A stretch of DNA of 64,000 nucleotides from Cyanobacteriota bacterium. GTDB taxonomy: Bacteria > Cyanobacteriota > Cyanobacteriia > PCC-6307 > Cyanobiaceae. Position 1 is the first letter of the stretch. Every line of letters begins with the position of its first letter. Positions 40,353-49,726 of this stretch are shown here, in pieces. The position numbers and the translations under genes were made by a program. Where the stretch lies: contig JAPLID010000065.1 in the NCBI GenBank assembly GCA_026389285.1, forward strand, positions 2,310-66,309. The letters are read 5' to 3'. Under the pieces are notes generated by a model, which worked only from the letters and a program-made list of their open reading frames with translations, had not been told where the DNA came from and searched no databases.

Positions 40353-41291
40353 ATGACCTCCTCCTCCCCACGCCGCCCCGGCCCGATTGCCCTGGCAGCG
40401 CTGGCCCTCTGGATCGGCCTGCTGGCCCTGATCAGCTACTGGATGGCTGGCCAGGCCTATCACTGGCTGCCGGTGCAGGCGTCGAATGCCGCCCCCCTGG
40501 TTGATGGTCTGTTCAGCTTTGAGACTGGGCTGGGCTCCTTCGTCTTCCTCGGCGTTCTCTCGGTGATCGCCTGGGTGGTGCTGATGCATCGCGCCGAGAA
40601 ATACGACATCAGCGATGCCGAGCCGATTGAAGGCAACACCCGGCTTGAGGTGATCTGGACCCTGATTCCCCTGGCCATCGTCATGGCGATCGCCGTTTAT
40701 GCGATGCGGGTCAACCATGAACTGGGGGTCCTCGGCCCGATGGAACACATCCATCCCAACAACCCCGTTGAGGCGCAAGGCGGCTATCCGGGCGATCGGC
40801 TGCCGGCTGAATCGATCGAAGTGATCGCACGTCAATGGTCCTGGGAGTTCCGCTATCCCGAGTCCCATGTCTCGGCGACCGAGCTGCATCTGCCGGTCGA
40901 TCAAACCGTCACGTTCCGGCTCACCTCCGATGATGTGATCCATGGCTTCTACATCCCGGCGTTCCGGCTGAAGCAGGATGTGATTCCTGGTCGGGCGATT
41001 GACTTCACCCTCACCCCCACCCGCGAGGGTCGCTATCGGCTCAGGGACTCCATGTTCAGCGGCACCTGGTTTGCCACCAACCAAGCCGATGTCGTCGTTG
41101 AGAGTGCAGACGCCTACCAGTCCTGGCTCAAACAGGCTGCATCCGAACCGCTCCAGAGTGGCCTGAGTGATGCGGTTGGTGAATATGAACAGCGACAGAA
41201 ACTGAGCAATCCTGGCTGGGCCACCGTGCGACCCGCTCCCGCTCCTCAGGTGAACGTTCCCGGTTCCAACACCCTCCCCCACGACTCCTGA
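40353..41291 (+). CDS. ctaC: Alternative respiratory terminal oxidase subunit II, CuA-less
   Basis: LEVIWTLIP, QWSWEFRYP and DVIHGFYIP motifs; DSMFSGTWF replaces CxExCGxxH. Confidence 0.9.
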   Translation: MTSSSPRRPGPIALAALALWIGLLALISYWMAGQAYHWLPVQASNAAPLVDGLFSFETGLGSFVFLGVLSVIAWVVLMHRAEKYDISDAEPIEGNTRLEVIWTLIPLAIVMAIAVYAMRVNHELGVLGPMEHIHPNNPVEAQGGYPGDRLPAESIEVIARQWSWEFRYPESHVSATELHLPVDQTVTFRLTSDDVIHGFYIPAFRLKQDVIPGRAIDFTLTPTREGRYRLRDSMFSGTWFATNQADVVVESADAYQSWLKQAASEPLQSGLSDAVGEYEQRQKLSNPGWATVRPAPAPQVNVPGSNTLPHDS

Positions 41292-41296
41292 GGCCA

Positions 41297-42973
41297 ATGA
41301 CCAGCACGATCCCCCTCGCCGATTCCGAAGCAAGTCCAAGCTGGACCCGCTACTTCGGCTTTAACACCGATGCCAAAGTGATTGGCATCCAGTACATCGT
41401 CCTTGCCTTCTTCTTTTTTCTGATCGGTGGCTTCCTGGCCATGATCATCCGGGGCGAACTGATCACGCCAGCCTCCGACCTCGTGGACCGCACCGTCTAC
41501 AACGGGCTCTACACGATGCACGGAACAATCATGTTGTTCCTCTTTATCTTCCCCGTGCTCAACGGGCTCAACAATCTGCTGATCCCCACCATGATCGGCG
41601 CCCCCGACATGGCTTTTCCGCGGCTGAATGCGGTTGCCTTCTGGCTGGTACCGATCTTCGGCAGCCTGTTGATTGCCAGCTTCTTTGTGCCGGGTGGCCC
41701 AGCCTATTCGGGTTGGTGGTCCTATCCGCCTGTGAGCATCCAGAATCCACTCGGCAATCTGATCAGCGGCCAGGGGCTTTGGCTGGTAGCTGTGGCCCTT
41801 TCAGGCGTGTCGTCGATCATGGGGGCCGTCAATTTCGTGACCACCATCCTGCGGATGCGAGCTCCGGGCATGGGCTTCTTCCGCATGCCCGTGTTCTGCT
41901 GGACCGCCCTGGCGGCCCAGAGCCTGCAATTGATCGGCCTGCCAGCCCTAACTGGCGGGGCGATTATGCTGTTGATGGATTTAAATTTTGGCACCTCATT
42001 TTACAAACCCGAAGGCGGCGGCGACCCAGTGCTCTATCAGCACTTCTTCTGGTTCTACTCCCATCCAGCCGTTTACGTGATCATCCTGCCGGCCTTCGGC
42101 ATCTTTTCGGAATTATTTCCCGTCTATTCCCGCAAGCCATTGTTTGGCTACGTCTACGTGTCCTTGGCTTCATTTATCATCGTGATCTTGGGCTTGATTG
42201 TTTGGGTTCACCACTTCTTCCCCAGTGGTGTTCCGGAGTGGATGCGCAACTTGTTCATGTTCAACACGATGTTGATTGCCGTACCTACAGGGGTCAAGGT
42301 CTTCGCTTGGTTGGGCACCATCTGGCGCGGCAAGCTCCAGCTGACGACCCCCATGTTGTTTTGCCTGGGCGGCTTGATTAACTTCGTGTTTGCAGGCATC
42401 ACTGGCGTCATGCTGGCCACCGTGCCGATTGACATCCACGTCAACAACACCTATTTCGTCGTCGGTCATTTCCACTACGTCATCTACGGTGCCGCCGTGA
42501 TGTGCATCTTCGCGGCCATCTACCACTGGTTCCCGAAGTTCACCGGCCGCATGCCTTATGAAGGGCTGGGCAAGTTGCATTTTCTGCTCACCTTCGTCGG
42601 CGCCAATCTCAACTTCCTGCCCATGCATCCCCTTGGCCTGATGGGCATGCCGCGCCGGGTCTCCTCCTACGACCCGGAGTTCGCCTTCTGGAACGTGCTC
42701 GCCAGTCTGGGAGCCTTTCTGCTGGGTGTGTCGATCATCCCTTTCCTACTCAATATGATCAGCTCCTGGGCCCGTGGTCCGCGCGCCACCCACAACCCCT
42801 GGAATGCCATCGGCCTGGAATGGTTCCTGCCATCACCGCCTCCGGAGGACAACTTCGGCGATCATGTGCCCACTGTGATCAGCCGCCCCTACGGCTACGG
42901 CAGTGGTGAGCCGCTGGTGGAACACCAGGCCGAGATCGAGCGAGCACTCACCCTTGCGGAGGCGAACCGATGA
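41297..42973 (+). CDS. ctaD: Heme-copper oxidase subunit I
   Basis: TMHGT, WFYSHPAVY, WVHH and HFHY ligands. Confidence 0.95.
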   Translation: MTSTIPLADSEASPSWTRYFGFNTDAKVIGIQYIVLAFFFFLIGGFLAMIIRGELITPASDLVDRTVYNGLYTMHGTIMLFLFIFPVLNGLNNLLIPTMIGAPDMAFPRLNAVAFWLVPIFGSLLIASFFVPGGPAYSGWWSYPPVSIQNPLGNLISGQGLWLVAVALSGVSSIMGAVNFVTTILRMRAPGMGFFRMPVFCWTALAAQSLQLIGLPALTGGAIMLLMDLNFGTSFYKPEGGGDPVLYQHFFWFYSHPAVYVIILPAFGIFSELFPVYSRKPLFGYVYVSLASFIIVILGLIVWVHHFFPSGVPEWMRNLFMFNTMLIAVPTGVKVFAWLGTIWRGKLQLTTPMLFCLGGLINFVFAGITGVMLATVPIDIHVNNTYFVVGHFHYVIYGAAVMCIFAAIYHWFPKFTGRMPYEGLGKLHFLLTFVGANLNFLPMHPLGLMGMPRRVSSYDPEFAFWNVLASLGAFLLGVSIIPFLLNMISSWARGPRATHNPWNAIGLEWFLPSPPPEDNFGDHVPTVISRPYGYGSGEPLVEHQAEIERALTLAEANR

Positions 42974-43572
42974 CCAGCACCCCGATCCCAGCGACCGAGC
43001 AGGCCGCCAACCATGGCGAAGGCCAGCACGCCAGCCACAACCTCACCGGCTTCATCATCTTTCTGTGCTCCGAGAGCGTCATCTTCCTGGCGTTCTTCAG
43101 CGGCTACGCCGTCCTGCGCCTCTCCGCCCTCGACTGGCTGCCCGCCGGTGTCGACGGCCTCGAATGGCGCACGCCCCTGATCAACACCGTGGTGCTGGTC
43201 TCCAGCTCAATGACGATGGTGGTGGCCGAGCACTTCAAGGGCAAGGAGAAGATCTGGCTGTTCCGGGCCTTCTGGTTGCTGACCATGGCCATGGGGGCGT
43301 ACTTCCTCTACGGCCAGGCCGTGGAGTGGAGTGGCCTCAAGTTCGGCTTCACCTCCGGCACTTTCGGCGGCACCTTCTATCTGCTCACCGGCTTCCATGG
43401 CCTGCATGTGGCCACCGGCATCCTGCTGATGGGCCTGATGCTGGTCAAATCCTTCATCCCCGGCATCTACAACGCTGGCGAAGAAGGCGTGAAAGCCACC
43501 TCCCTGTTCTGGCACTTCGTGGATGTGATCTGGATCATCCTGTTCGTGCTGCTCTATGCCTGGAGAGCCTGA
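42970..43572 (+). CDS. ctaE: Heme-copper oxidase subunit III
   Basis: FLCSESVIF, TGFHGLHV and FWHFVDVIW motifs. Confidence 0.93.
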   Translation: MTSTPIPATEQAANHGEGQHASHNLTGFIIFLCSESVIFLAFFSGYAVLRLSALDWLPAGVDGLEWRTPLINTVVLVSSSMTMVVAEHFKGKEKIWLFRAFWLLTMAMGAYFLYGQAVEWSGLKFGFTSGTFGGTFYLLTGFHGLHVATGILLMGLMLVKSFIPGIYNAGEEGVKATSLFWHFVDVIWIILFVLLYAWRA

Positions 43573-43575
43573 TCC

Positions 43576-45090
43576 ATGATCATCGATGACAATCACTACG
43601 ACGTGATCCTGGTTGGCAGCGGTGCCGGCGGCGGCAGTCTGCTCGCTTCCCTCACCTCTGCCGGCCATTCGGTCCTGCTGCTCGAGCGCGGTGGCGCCCT
43701 TCCCGAGTCCGATCAAAACCTGGCCGAGGCGGATCTATTCCGCAAAGAGCGCTACCACCCGGCCGAGAAATGGTTCGGCACGGATGGGGATCCCTTTTCG
43801 CCGCAGATGGTGCATGCGATTGGCGGCAACACCAAGATCTGGGGAGGCGTGCTTGAGCGCATGCGTGAACAGGAATTCAGCGGCGTCAAGCTGCAGGAAG
43901 GCCTCACCCCGGACTGGGAACTCCGCTACGCCGACCTAGCTCCCTGGTACGAGCAGGCCGAAAAGCTCTATCACGTTCACGGCGTGGCCGGCGCCGATCC
44001 CACCGCCCCAGCCCGTGAGGGCCCTTATACCGCCGCTCCAAGGCCGGTGGAACTCTTTCTGATCGAGCTGCGCGCCGCCCTTGAGCGCCAGGGCCTCCAT
44101 CCCTATGACCTGCCCCTGAGCTGGTCCGATTCGGCGGTCGACCCCACCGGTGATGCCGAACTATTCGGCGTCAATCCAGGCCGGGCCTACCCCCGCGTGA
44201 CGGTCAAAGAGAACGCCCGGGTGGTGCAACTGCATGTCAACCCCTCCGGCCAGGAGGTGAGGGGCGTTGAGGTGGACATCGCCGGCCAGCGCTGGCTGTT
44301 CCGCGGCCATCAGGTGGTGCTGGCAGCCGGGGCGATCGGCACACCGGAGATCCTGCTGCGCTCAGCCACCGAGCACCACGCCCGTGGCCTGGCCAATGGC
44401 TCCGACCAGGTGGGCCGCAACCTGATGAAGCCCCAGCTCACCACGATCCTGCAACTGGCGGCGGCGCCCAACTCGGGCCGCTACCCGCGCAGCCATGGCA
44501 TCACCGACTTCTACTGGGGCGACAAGAACGTCGACTTTCCACTCGGTTCGATTCAGAGCGGTGGTGGCGTTCTCCAGGACGCCCTGTTCGCCGAGTCACC
44601 GCCGGTGCTCTCCTTGGTGGCCAAACTGCTGCCCGATTTCGGGATTGAGCAGCTGGCATCCCGCTCGATCACCTGGTGGGCGATAAGCGCCGTACGGCCC
44701 GACCCCCACAACCGTGTGCTGCTGCGCGGTAACCAGCTGCAGGTCCACTACACGCCCAACAACCGCGAGGCCCACGACCGTCTCGTCTACCGCTGGATTG
44801 ACTGCCTCAAGGCCGTCGAAGCCGATCCGCTGACCCTGGTCACCAAAGCAGCTCCAACCCATCCCCGCGGGGAGGCGCCCCTGTCGGTGATCGGCGGTGC
44901 CTCTGGCACCTGCCGTATGGGCTCGGATCCAGCCACCTCGGTGGTGAACCTCGAGGGCCGCTGCCATGAGGTGCACAACCTCTGGATCGTCGATGCCAGC
45001 GCCCTGCCCTCCTGTCCGTCGGTGGGCATCGGCCTGACGGTGATCGCCAACGCCCTGCGCATCGGCGAAGTTCTGAAGGCATCCCTGTGA
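43576..45090 (+). CDS. GMC oxidoreductase-like protein with degenerate catalytic site
   Basis: GSGAGG, GGNTKIWG, GLANGSDQVGRNLM and GTCRMG motifs; lacks the Cys cluster and the His/Asn pair. Confidence 0.85.
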   Translation: MIIDDNHYDVILVGSGAGGGSLLASLTSAGHSVLLLERGGALPESDQNLAEADLFRKERYHPAEKWFGTDGDPFSPQMVHAIGGNTKIWGGVLERMREQEFSGVKLQEGLTPDWELRYADLAPWYEQAEKLYHVHGVAGADPTAPAREGPYTAAPRPVELFLIELRAALERQGLHPYDLPLSWSDSAVDPTGDAELFGVNPGRAYPRVTVKENARVVQLHVNPSGQEVRGVEVDIAGQRWLFRGHQVVLAAGAIGTPEILLRSATEHHARGLANGSDQVGRNLMKPQLTTILQLAAAPNSGRYPRSHGITDFYWGDKNVDFPLGSIQSGGGVLQDALFAESPPVLSLVAKLLPDFGIEQLASRSITWWAISAVRPDPHNRVLLRGNQLQVHYTPNNREAHDRLVYRWIDCLKAVEADPLTLVTKAAPTHPRGEAPLSVIGGASGTCRMGSDPATSVVNLEGRCHEVHNLWIVDASALPSCPSVGIGLTVIANALRIGEVLKASL

Positions 45091-47861
45091 CATTCACCTC
45101 TCCCTCTCTCTCTCCCTCTGCTGATGGGATCGACGCGATCAGCCCCTCGGAAACCCGGCGGATCGCCGAGCGTGACCACGACGTGGTGCCCTGGAGCCTC
45201 TGGGGCAGCTACCTGAGCGAGCGCCAGTGGGGCACCGTGCGGGAGGACTACTCCGCCGACGGCGATGCCTGGACCTCCTTCCCCCACGACCACGCCCGCT
45301 CCCGCGTCTACCGCTGGGGTGAGGACGGCCTGCTGGGAATCTGCGACGAGCAGTGTCGCCTCTGTTTTTCGGTGGCCCTCTGGAACGGCGCCGATCCGAT
45401 CCTCAAGGAGCGGCCCTTCGGGCTCGGTAACCCCGAGGGCAACCACGGCGAAGACCTGAAGGACTACTTCTTCCATCTCGCCAATACGCCCACCCACAGC
45501 TTCATGCGGGCGCTCTACAAGTACCCACAACGGGCTTTTCCCTACGGGGATCTGCTGGCCGAGAACGGCCGGCGCGGCCGCGATCAGCCCGAATACGAAC
45601 TGGTCGACACCGGCATCTTCAACGAGAACCGCTACTTCGATGTCGTCATTGAATACGCCAAGGCGGGGCCGGAAGATCTACTGATCCGGATCAGGGCCAC
45701 CAACCGCGGCCCCGATGCGGCACCCCTCACCCTGCTGCCCAGCCTGTGGCTGCGCAACACCTGGCGCTGGGGCTATCCCGATGAAGTGGAGCACCAGATC
45801 AGCCTGGCCGCCGCCGCGGCGCACGATCCCGGCAGTCCGGCGGTGGTCACCGATGCAATCCCCCATCTAGGGGTGTATCAGCTGGACTGCCAGGAACCCG
45901 GCAGCTGGATCTTCACCGATAACGAAACCAACAGCGAAAGGCTCTGGGGCCAGCCCAACGCCACGCCATTCCAGAAAGACGGCTTCCACCGGCACGTGGT
46001 CAACGGCGAGACCGGCGCCGTGAACCCGGCCCTGTGCGGCAGCAAGGCGGCCCGAGTGTTGCAGCACACCCTGGCCCCCGGCGAGGAGTGGGTGGTGGAG
46101 CTGCGCCTGCACCGGATCGCTGGCACACCGGAGATACCGGCAGCGACCGGAACGGCCGCAGGCAGCGCAGCGAGCGCCACGGCCCCTTTATCCAATGCCT
46201 TCGCAGCGACCTTCGTCGCCCGCGAGCAGGAGTGGTTGGCCTACTTCGAGCAGCACATCCCGGGCCTCTCCGAGGACGACCGCCGCATCCATCTGGCCGG
46301 CGCCGCCGGCCTGCTCTGGTGCAAGAAGTACTACGGCTGGAGTGTGCTGCGCTGGCTGGAAGGGGACCCTACCGGCAGCCCTCCCCCAGCAGGTCGCCGA
46401 CATACCCAGAACGCCTACTGGAAACGGCTGCACGCCCACGACGTGATCTCAATGCCGGACTGCTGGGAGTACCCCTACTTCTGTCAGTGGGATCTGATGT
46501 TCCACTCCGTGGCCTTCGCGGTCTTCGATCCGGCGACCGCCAAGGAGCAGTGCATGCTGCTGCGCAAATCCCAATACACCGCCCCCAGCGCCCAGACCCC
46601 GGCCTATGAGTGGGCTCTCTCCGATCCCAATCCGCCGATCGGCGCCTGGGCGGCGATGCGCATCTATCAGATCGATCGCAAGCAGACCGACGTCGCCGAC
46701 CTGGGCTTCCTGCGCGCAGCCCTGCGCAAGCTGATCCTGGAATACGGCTGGTGGGCCAACCGCAACGACCGCACCGGCGACAACGTCTTCGAGGGGGGGT
46801 TCCTTGGGCTCGACAACATCGCCGTCTTCGATCGACGCTTCCCGTTGGCTGACGGCAGCATCATCGAGCAGTGCGACGGCACGGCCTGGATGGCCTCGCT
46901 CAGCCTGAATCTGCTGCAGATCGCCGTGGAGCTGAGCCACGAGGAGCCGGAATACGCCGACATCTGCGAGCGTTTCGTCGTTGATTTCGTGCAGCTGGCG
47001 ATCGGCCTCAACAATCCGGCCGGCCGCGACTATGTCAACTGGGACGAGGAGGACGGCTTCTATTACGACGTCATCAAACGGCCCGACGGCAGCACCGACT
47101 ACCTACGCACCCGCTCGCTCTCGGGCCTGGTGCCACTGCTGGCGGTCCAGAGCTTCGACATCGACACCGTGCAACGGCTACCGATGCTCGACGTGACCAA
47201 CACCCTGGCCTGGTTCACCCATGAACGCACCACCCCCTCCTGGACGGTGCACAACCTGGGGATCTGGAACAACGATCGGGTGCTGTTCACCCTGGTGCCC
47301 AGGGAACGCCTGCAACGCATCTGCGAGCGCCTGTTCGACGAGGAGGAGTTTCTCTCTCCCAACGGCATCCGCTCCCTGTCCAAGGTGTACGAAAAGCATC
47401 CGTACACCTACACCGAGGGCAGCCAGAGCCAGACCCTCACCTACAGCCCGGCCGACAGCCCGGTGGCGATGTTCGGGGGCAACTCCAACTGGCGTGGTCC
47501 GGTGTGGATGCCGATGAACTTCCTGCTGATCGAATCGCTCCAGAAGTTCTCCCATTTCTACGGCGACAGCTTCAAGGTGGAGTTCCCCACCCGCTCCGGC
47601 AACTGGATCACGCTCTGGCAGGCCTCCCTGGAGCTGGAGAAGCGGCTGGTGGGCATCTTCCGCCGCGACAGCGAAGGCCGCCGCCCGTTCAACGGTGACG
47701 TGGAGATGTTCCAGAACGATCCCCACTGGTGCGATCTGATTCTGTTCAACGAATACTTCCACGGCGACAACGGCAGCGGCGTCGGTGCCTCCCACCAGAC
47801 GGGCTGGAGCGCCATGGTCTGCAAGATGCTCAATCAGCTCTCCCGCTACCCCAAAAGCTGA
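45087..47861 (+). CDS. MGH1-like (GH63-related) glucosidase
   Basis: LSERQWGTVREDYS, WEYP, GGFLGLDNI, WRGPVW and GASHQTGW motifs. Confidence 0.88.
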   Translation: MTFTSPSLSPSADGIDAISPSETRRIAERDHDVVPWSLWGSYLSERQWGTVREDYSADGDAWTSFPHDHARSRVYRWGEDGLLGICDEQCRLCFSVALWNGADPILKERPFGLGNPEGNHGEDLKDYFFHLANTPTHSFMRALYKYPQRAFPYGDLLAENGRRGRDQPEYELVDTGIFNENRYFDVVIEYAKAGPEDLLIRIRATNRGPDAAPLTLLPSLWLRNTWRWGYPDEVEHQISLAAAAAHDPGSPAVVTDAIPHLGVYQLDCQEPGSWIFTDNETNSERLWGQPNATPFQKDGFHRHVVNGETGAVNPALCGSKAARVLQHTLAPGEEWVVELRLHRIAGTPEIPAATGTAAGSAASATAPLSNAFAATFVAREQEWLAYFEQHIPGLSEDDRRIHLAGAAGLLWCKKYYGWSVLRWLEGDPTGSPPPAGRRHTQNAYWKRLHAHDVISMPDCWEYPYFCQWDLMFHSVAFAVFDPATAKEQCMLLRKSQYTAPSAQTPAYEWALSDPNPPIGAWAAMRIYQIDRKQTDVADLGFLRAALRKLILEYGWWANRNDRTGDNVFEGGFLGLDNIAVFDRRFPLADGSIIEQCDGTAWMASLSLNLLQIAVELSHEEPEYADICERFVVDFVQLAIGLNNPAGRDYVNWDEEDGFYYDVIKRPDGSTDYLRTRSLSGLVPLLAVQSFDIDTVQRLPMLDVTNTLAWFTHERTTPSWTVHNLGIWNNDRVLFTLVPRERLQRICERLFDEEEFLSPNGIRSLSKVYEKHPYTYTEGSQSQTLTYSPADSPVAMFGGNSNWRGPVWMPMNFLLIESLQKFSHFYGDSFKVEFPTRSGNWITLWQASLELEKRLVGIFRRDSEGRRPFNGDVEMFQNDPHWCDLILFNEYFHGDNGSGVGASHQTGWSAMVCKMLNQLSRYPKS

Positions 47862-47958
47862 GCCCATCTCGCCAGCCAACCTGTTCATCGCTACGCCACT
47901 CCGGCGCTCCGGCGCTCCGCACCTTCCCAACCATCCGGCTCAACCTCCCCACCTCACC

Positions 47959-49614
47959 ATGAGCTCCCCTTCCTCCAGCACTGCCGCCCTCTCCGCCGCG
48001 ATCGCCGGTCCGAGCCTTCACAGCTCAGCTCTACCAGAAGCAGGCCAGCTGCAGGTCGCGAGCGGTGCACACTTTGACGTGGTGATCATCGGCAGTGGCG
48101 CCGGTGGCGGCACCCTGGCGCGCCACCTGGCCTCCACGGGCCTGAAGGTGCTGGTGCTGGAACGGGGCGACTGGCTGCCCCAGGAACCCCAGAACTGGGA
48201 TGCCGCAGCGGTGTTCCAGGAGAACCGCTACGTCTCGAAGGATCCCTGGCTCGACAAGCACGGCAAGGTCTTCCAGCCCGGCAGCCATTACTTCGTCGGT
48301 GGCGCCACCAAGATGTACGGCGCCGCCCACTTCCGCCTGCGCCAGCAGGACTTCGAGGAGCTCGCCCACTTCGATGGCACCTCGCCGGCCTGGCCGCTGC
48401 GCTACGCCGATTTCGAGCCCTGGTATCAGAAGGCCGAGGAGATGTATCACGTGCACGGCCAGCGCGGTGAGGATCCCACCGAGCCGCCCTGCAGCGGCCC
48501 CTATCCCCATCCACCGGTGGCCCACGAGCCGCGGATGCAGAAGCTGGTCGACGACCTGCGCTCCGCCGGACTCCATCCCTTCCATGCCCCCAGCGGCGTG
48601 CAGCTCGATGAGGCCAACATGGCCTTCAGCCGCTGCCGCAAATGCAACTGCTGCGATGGCTTCCCCTGCCTGGTGCACGCCAAGTCGGACGCCGAGGTGC
48701 TGGGTATGCGCCCGGCGCTGGCGGAGCCGAACGTATCGCTGCTGACCCGGGCCCAGGTGAAACGGCTGATCACCGATGAATCCGGCCGCACGGTGAAAGC
48801 CGTGGAACTGGAACGGGACGGCGAACCGCTCACCATCAGCGGCGATGTGGTGGTGGTCAGCTGTGGCGCCGCCAACAGTGCCCGCCTGCTGCTGATGTCG
48901 GCCAACGACAAGCATCCCCGCGGGCTGGCCAACGGCTCCGACCAGGTGGGACGGAACTACATGTTCCACAACAGCAAGGCGATGGTGGCCCTGGCCCATG
49001 AGCCGAACCTGACCGTGTTCCAGAAAACGGTCTGCGTCAACGACTGGTATCTCGGCGATGCCGACTTCGACTACCCGATGGGCAACATCCAGATGACGGG
49101 CAAGACCAACGGCACGATCATGAAGGGCTATGCCCCGCTGGAAACCTTCCTGATGCCGGGCTGGAGCATGGACAAGATCGCCGAGCACGCGGTCGACTTC
49201 TGGATCTCCAGCGAGGACCTGCCCGATCCCGACAACCGGGTGACCGTGACCAGCTCCGGACAGATCCAGCTCAGCTACACCCCCAACAACCTCACCGCCT
49301 CGGCACGGCTGGTGAGCCGGCTGGAGGGCATGCTCGATCGCCTCTATCTGCGCAACCATCTGGTGGAGCGCCAGATCTACATCGCCAACAGCATGGGCAT
49401 CGCCGCCGTCGGACACCAGGCCGGCACCTGTCGCTTCGGCCGTGATGCCGCCAGCTCGGTGCTCGATCTCAACTGCAAGGCCCACGAACTCGACAACCTC
49501 TATATCGTCGACACCAGCTTCATGCCGACGATCGGCGCCGTGAATCCATCCCTCACCGCCATCGCCAACGCCCTGCGGGTGGGCACCCATCTGGTGGAGC
49601 GCCTGAAGGGGTGA
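47959..49614 (+). CDS. GMC family FAD oxidoreductase with Cys cluster
   Basis: GSGAGG, CRKCNCCDGFPC, HQAGTCRFG and AVNPSLT motifs. Confidence 0.9.
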   Translation: MSSPSSSTAALSAAIAGPSLHSSALPEAGQLQVASGAHFDVVIIGSGAGGGTLARHLASTGLKVLVLERGDWLPQEPQNWDAAAVFQENRYVSKDPWLDKHGKVFQPGSHYFVGGATKMYGAAHFRLRQQDFEELAHFDGTSPAWPLRYADFEPWYQKAEEMYHVHGQRGEDPTEPPCSGPYPHPPVAHEPRMQKLVDDLRSAGLHPFHAPSGVQLDEANMAFSRCRKCNCCDGFPCLVHAKSDAEVLGMRPALAEPNVSLLTRAQVKRLITDESGRTVKAVELERDGEPLTISGDVVVVSCGAANSARLLLMSANDKHPRGLANGSDQVGRNYMFHNSKAMVALAHEPNLTVFQKTVCVNDWYLGDADFDYPMGNIQMTGKTNGTIMKGYAPLETFLMPGWSMDKIAEHAVDFWISSEDLPDPDNRVTVTSSGQIQLSYTPNNLTASARLVSRLEGMLDRLYLRNHLVERQIYIANSMGIAAVGHQAGTCRFGRDAASSVLDLNCKAHELDNLYIVDTSFMPTIGAVNPSLTAIANALRVGTHLVERLKG

Positions 49615-49726
49615 GCCAGGCTGGGCGCCAGATCGTGATCGGACCTGCCGCCAGGGAGCGGGCCAGGCGGCGGCCGGATGTTCCAGCGGCATCTCCGGGA
49701 AAGCCCTGCCACGATCGTGCGGCAGT

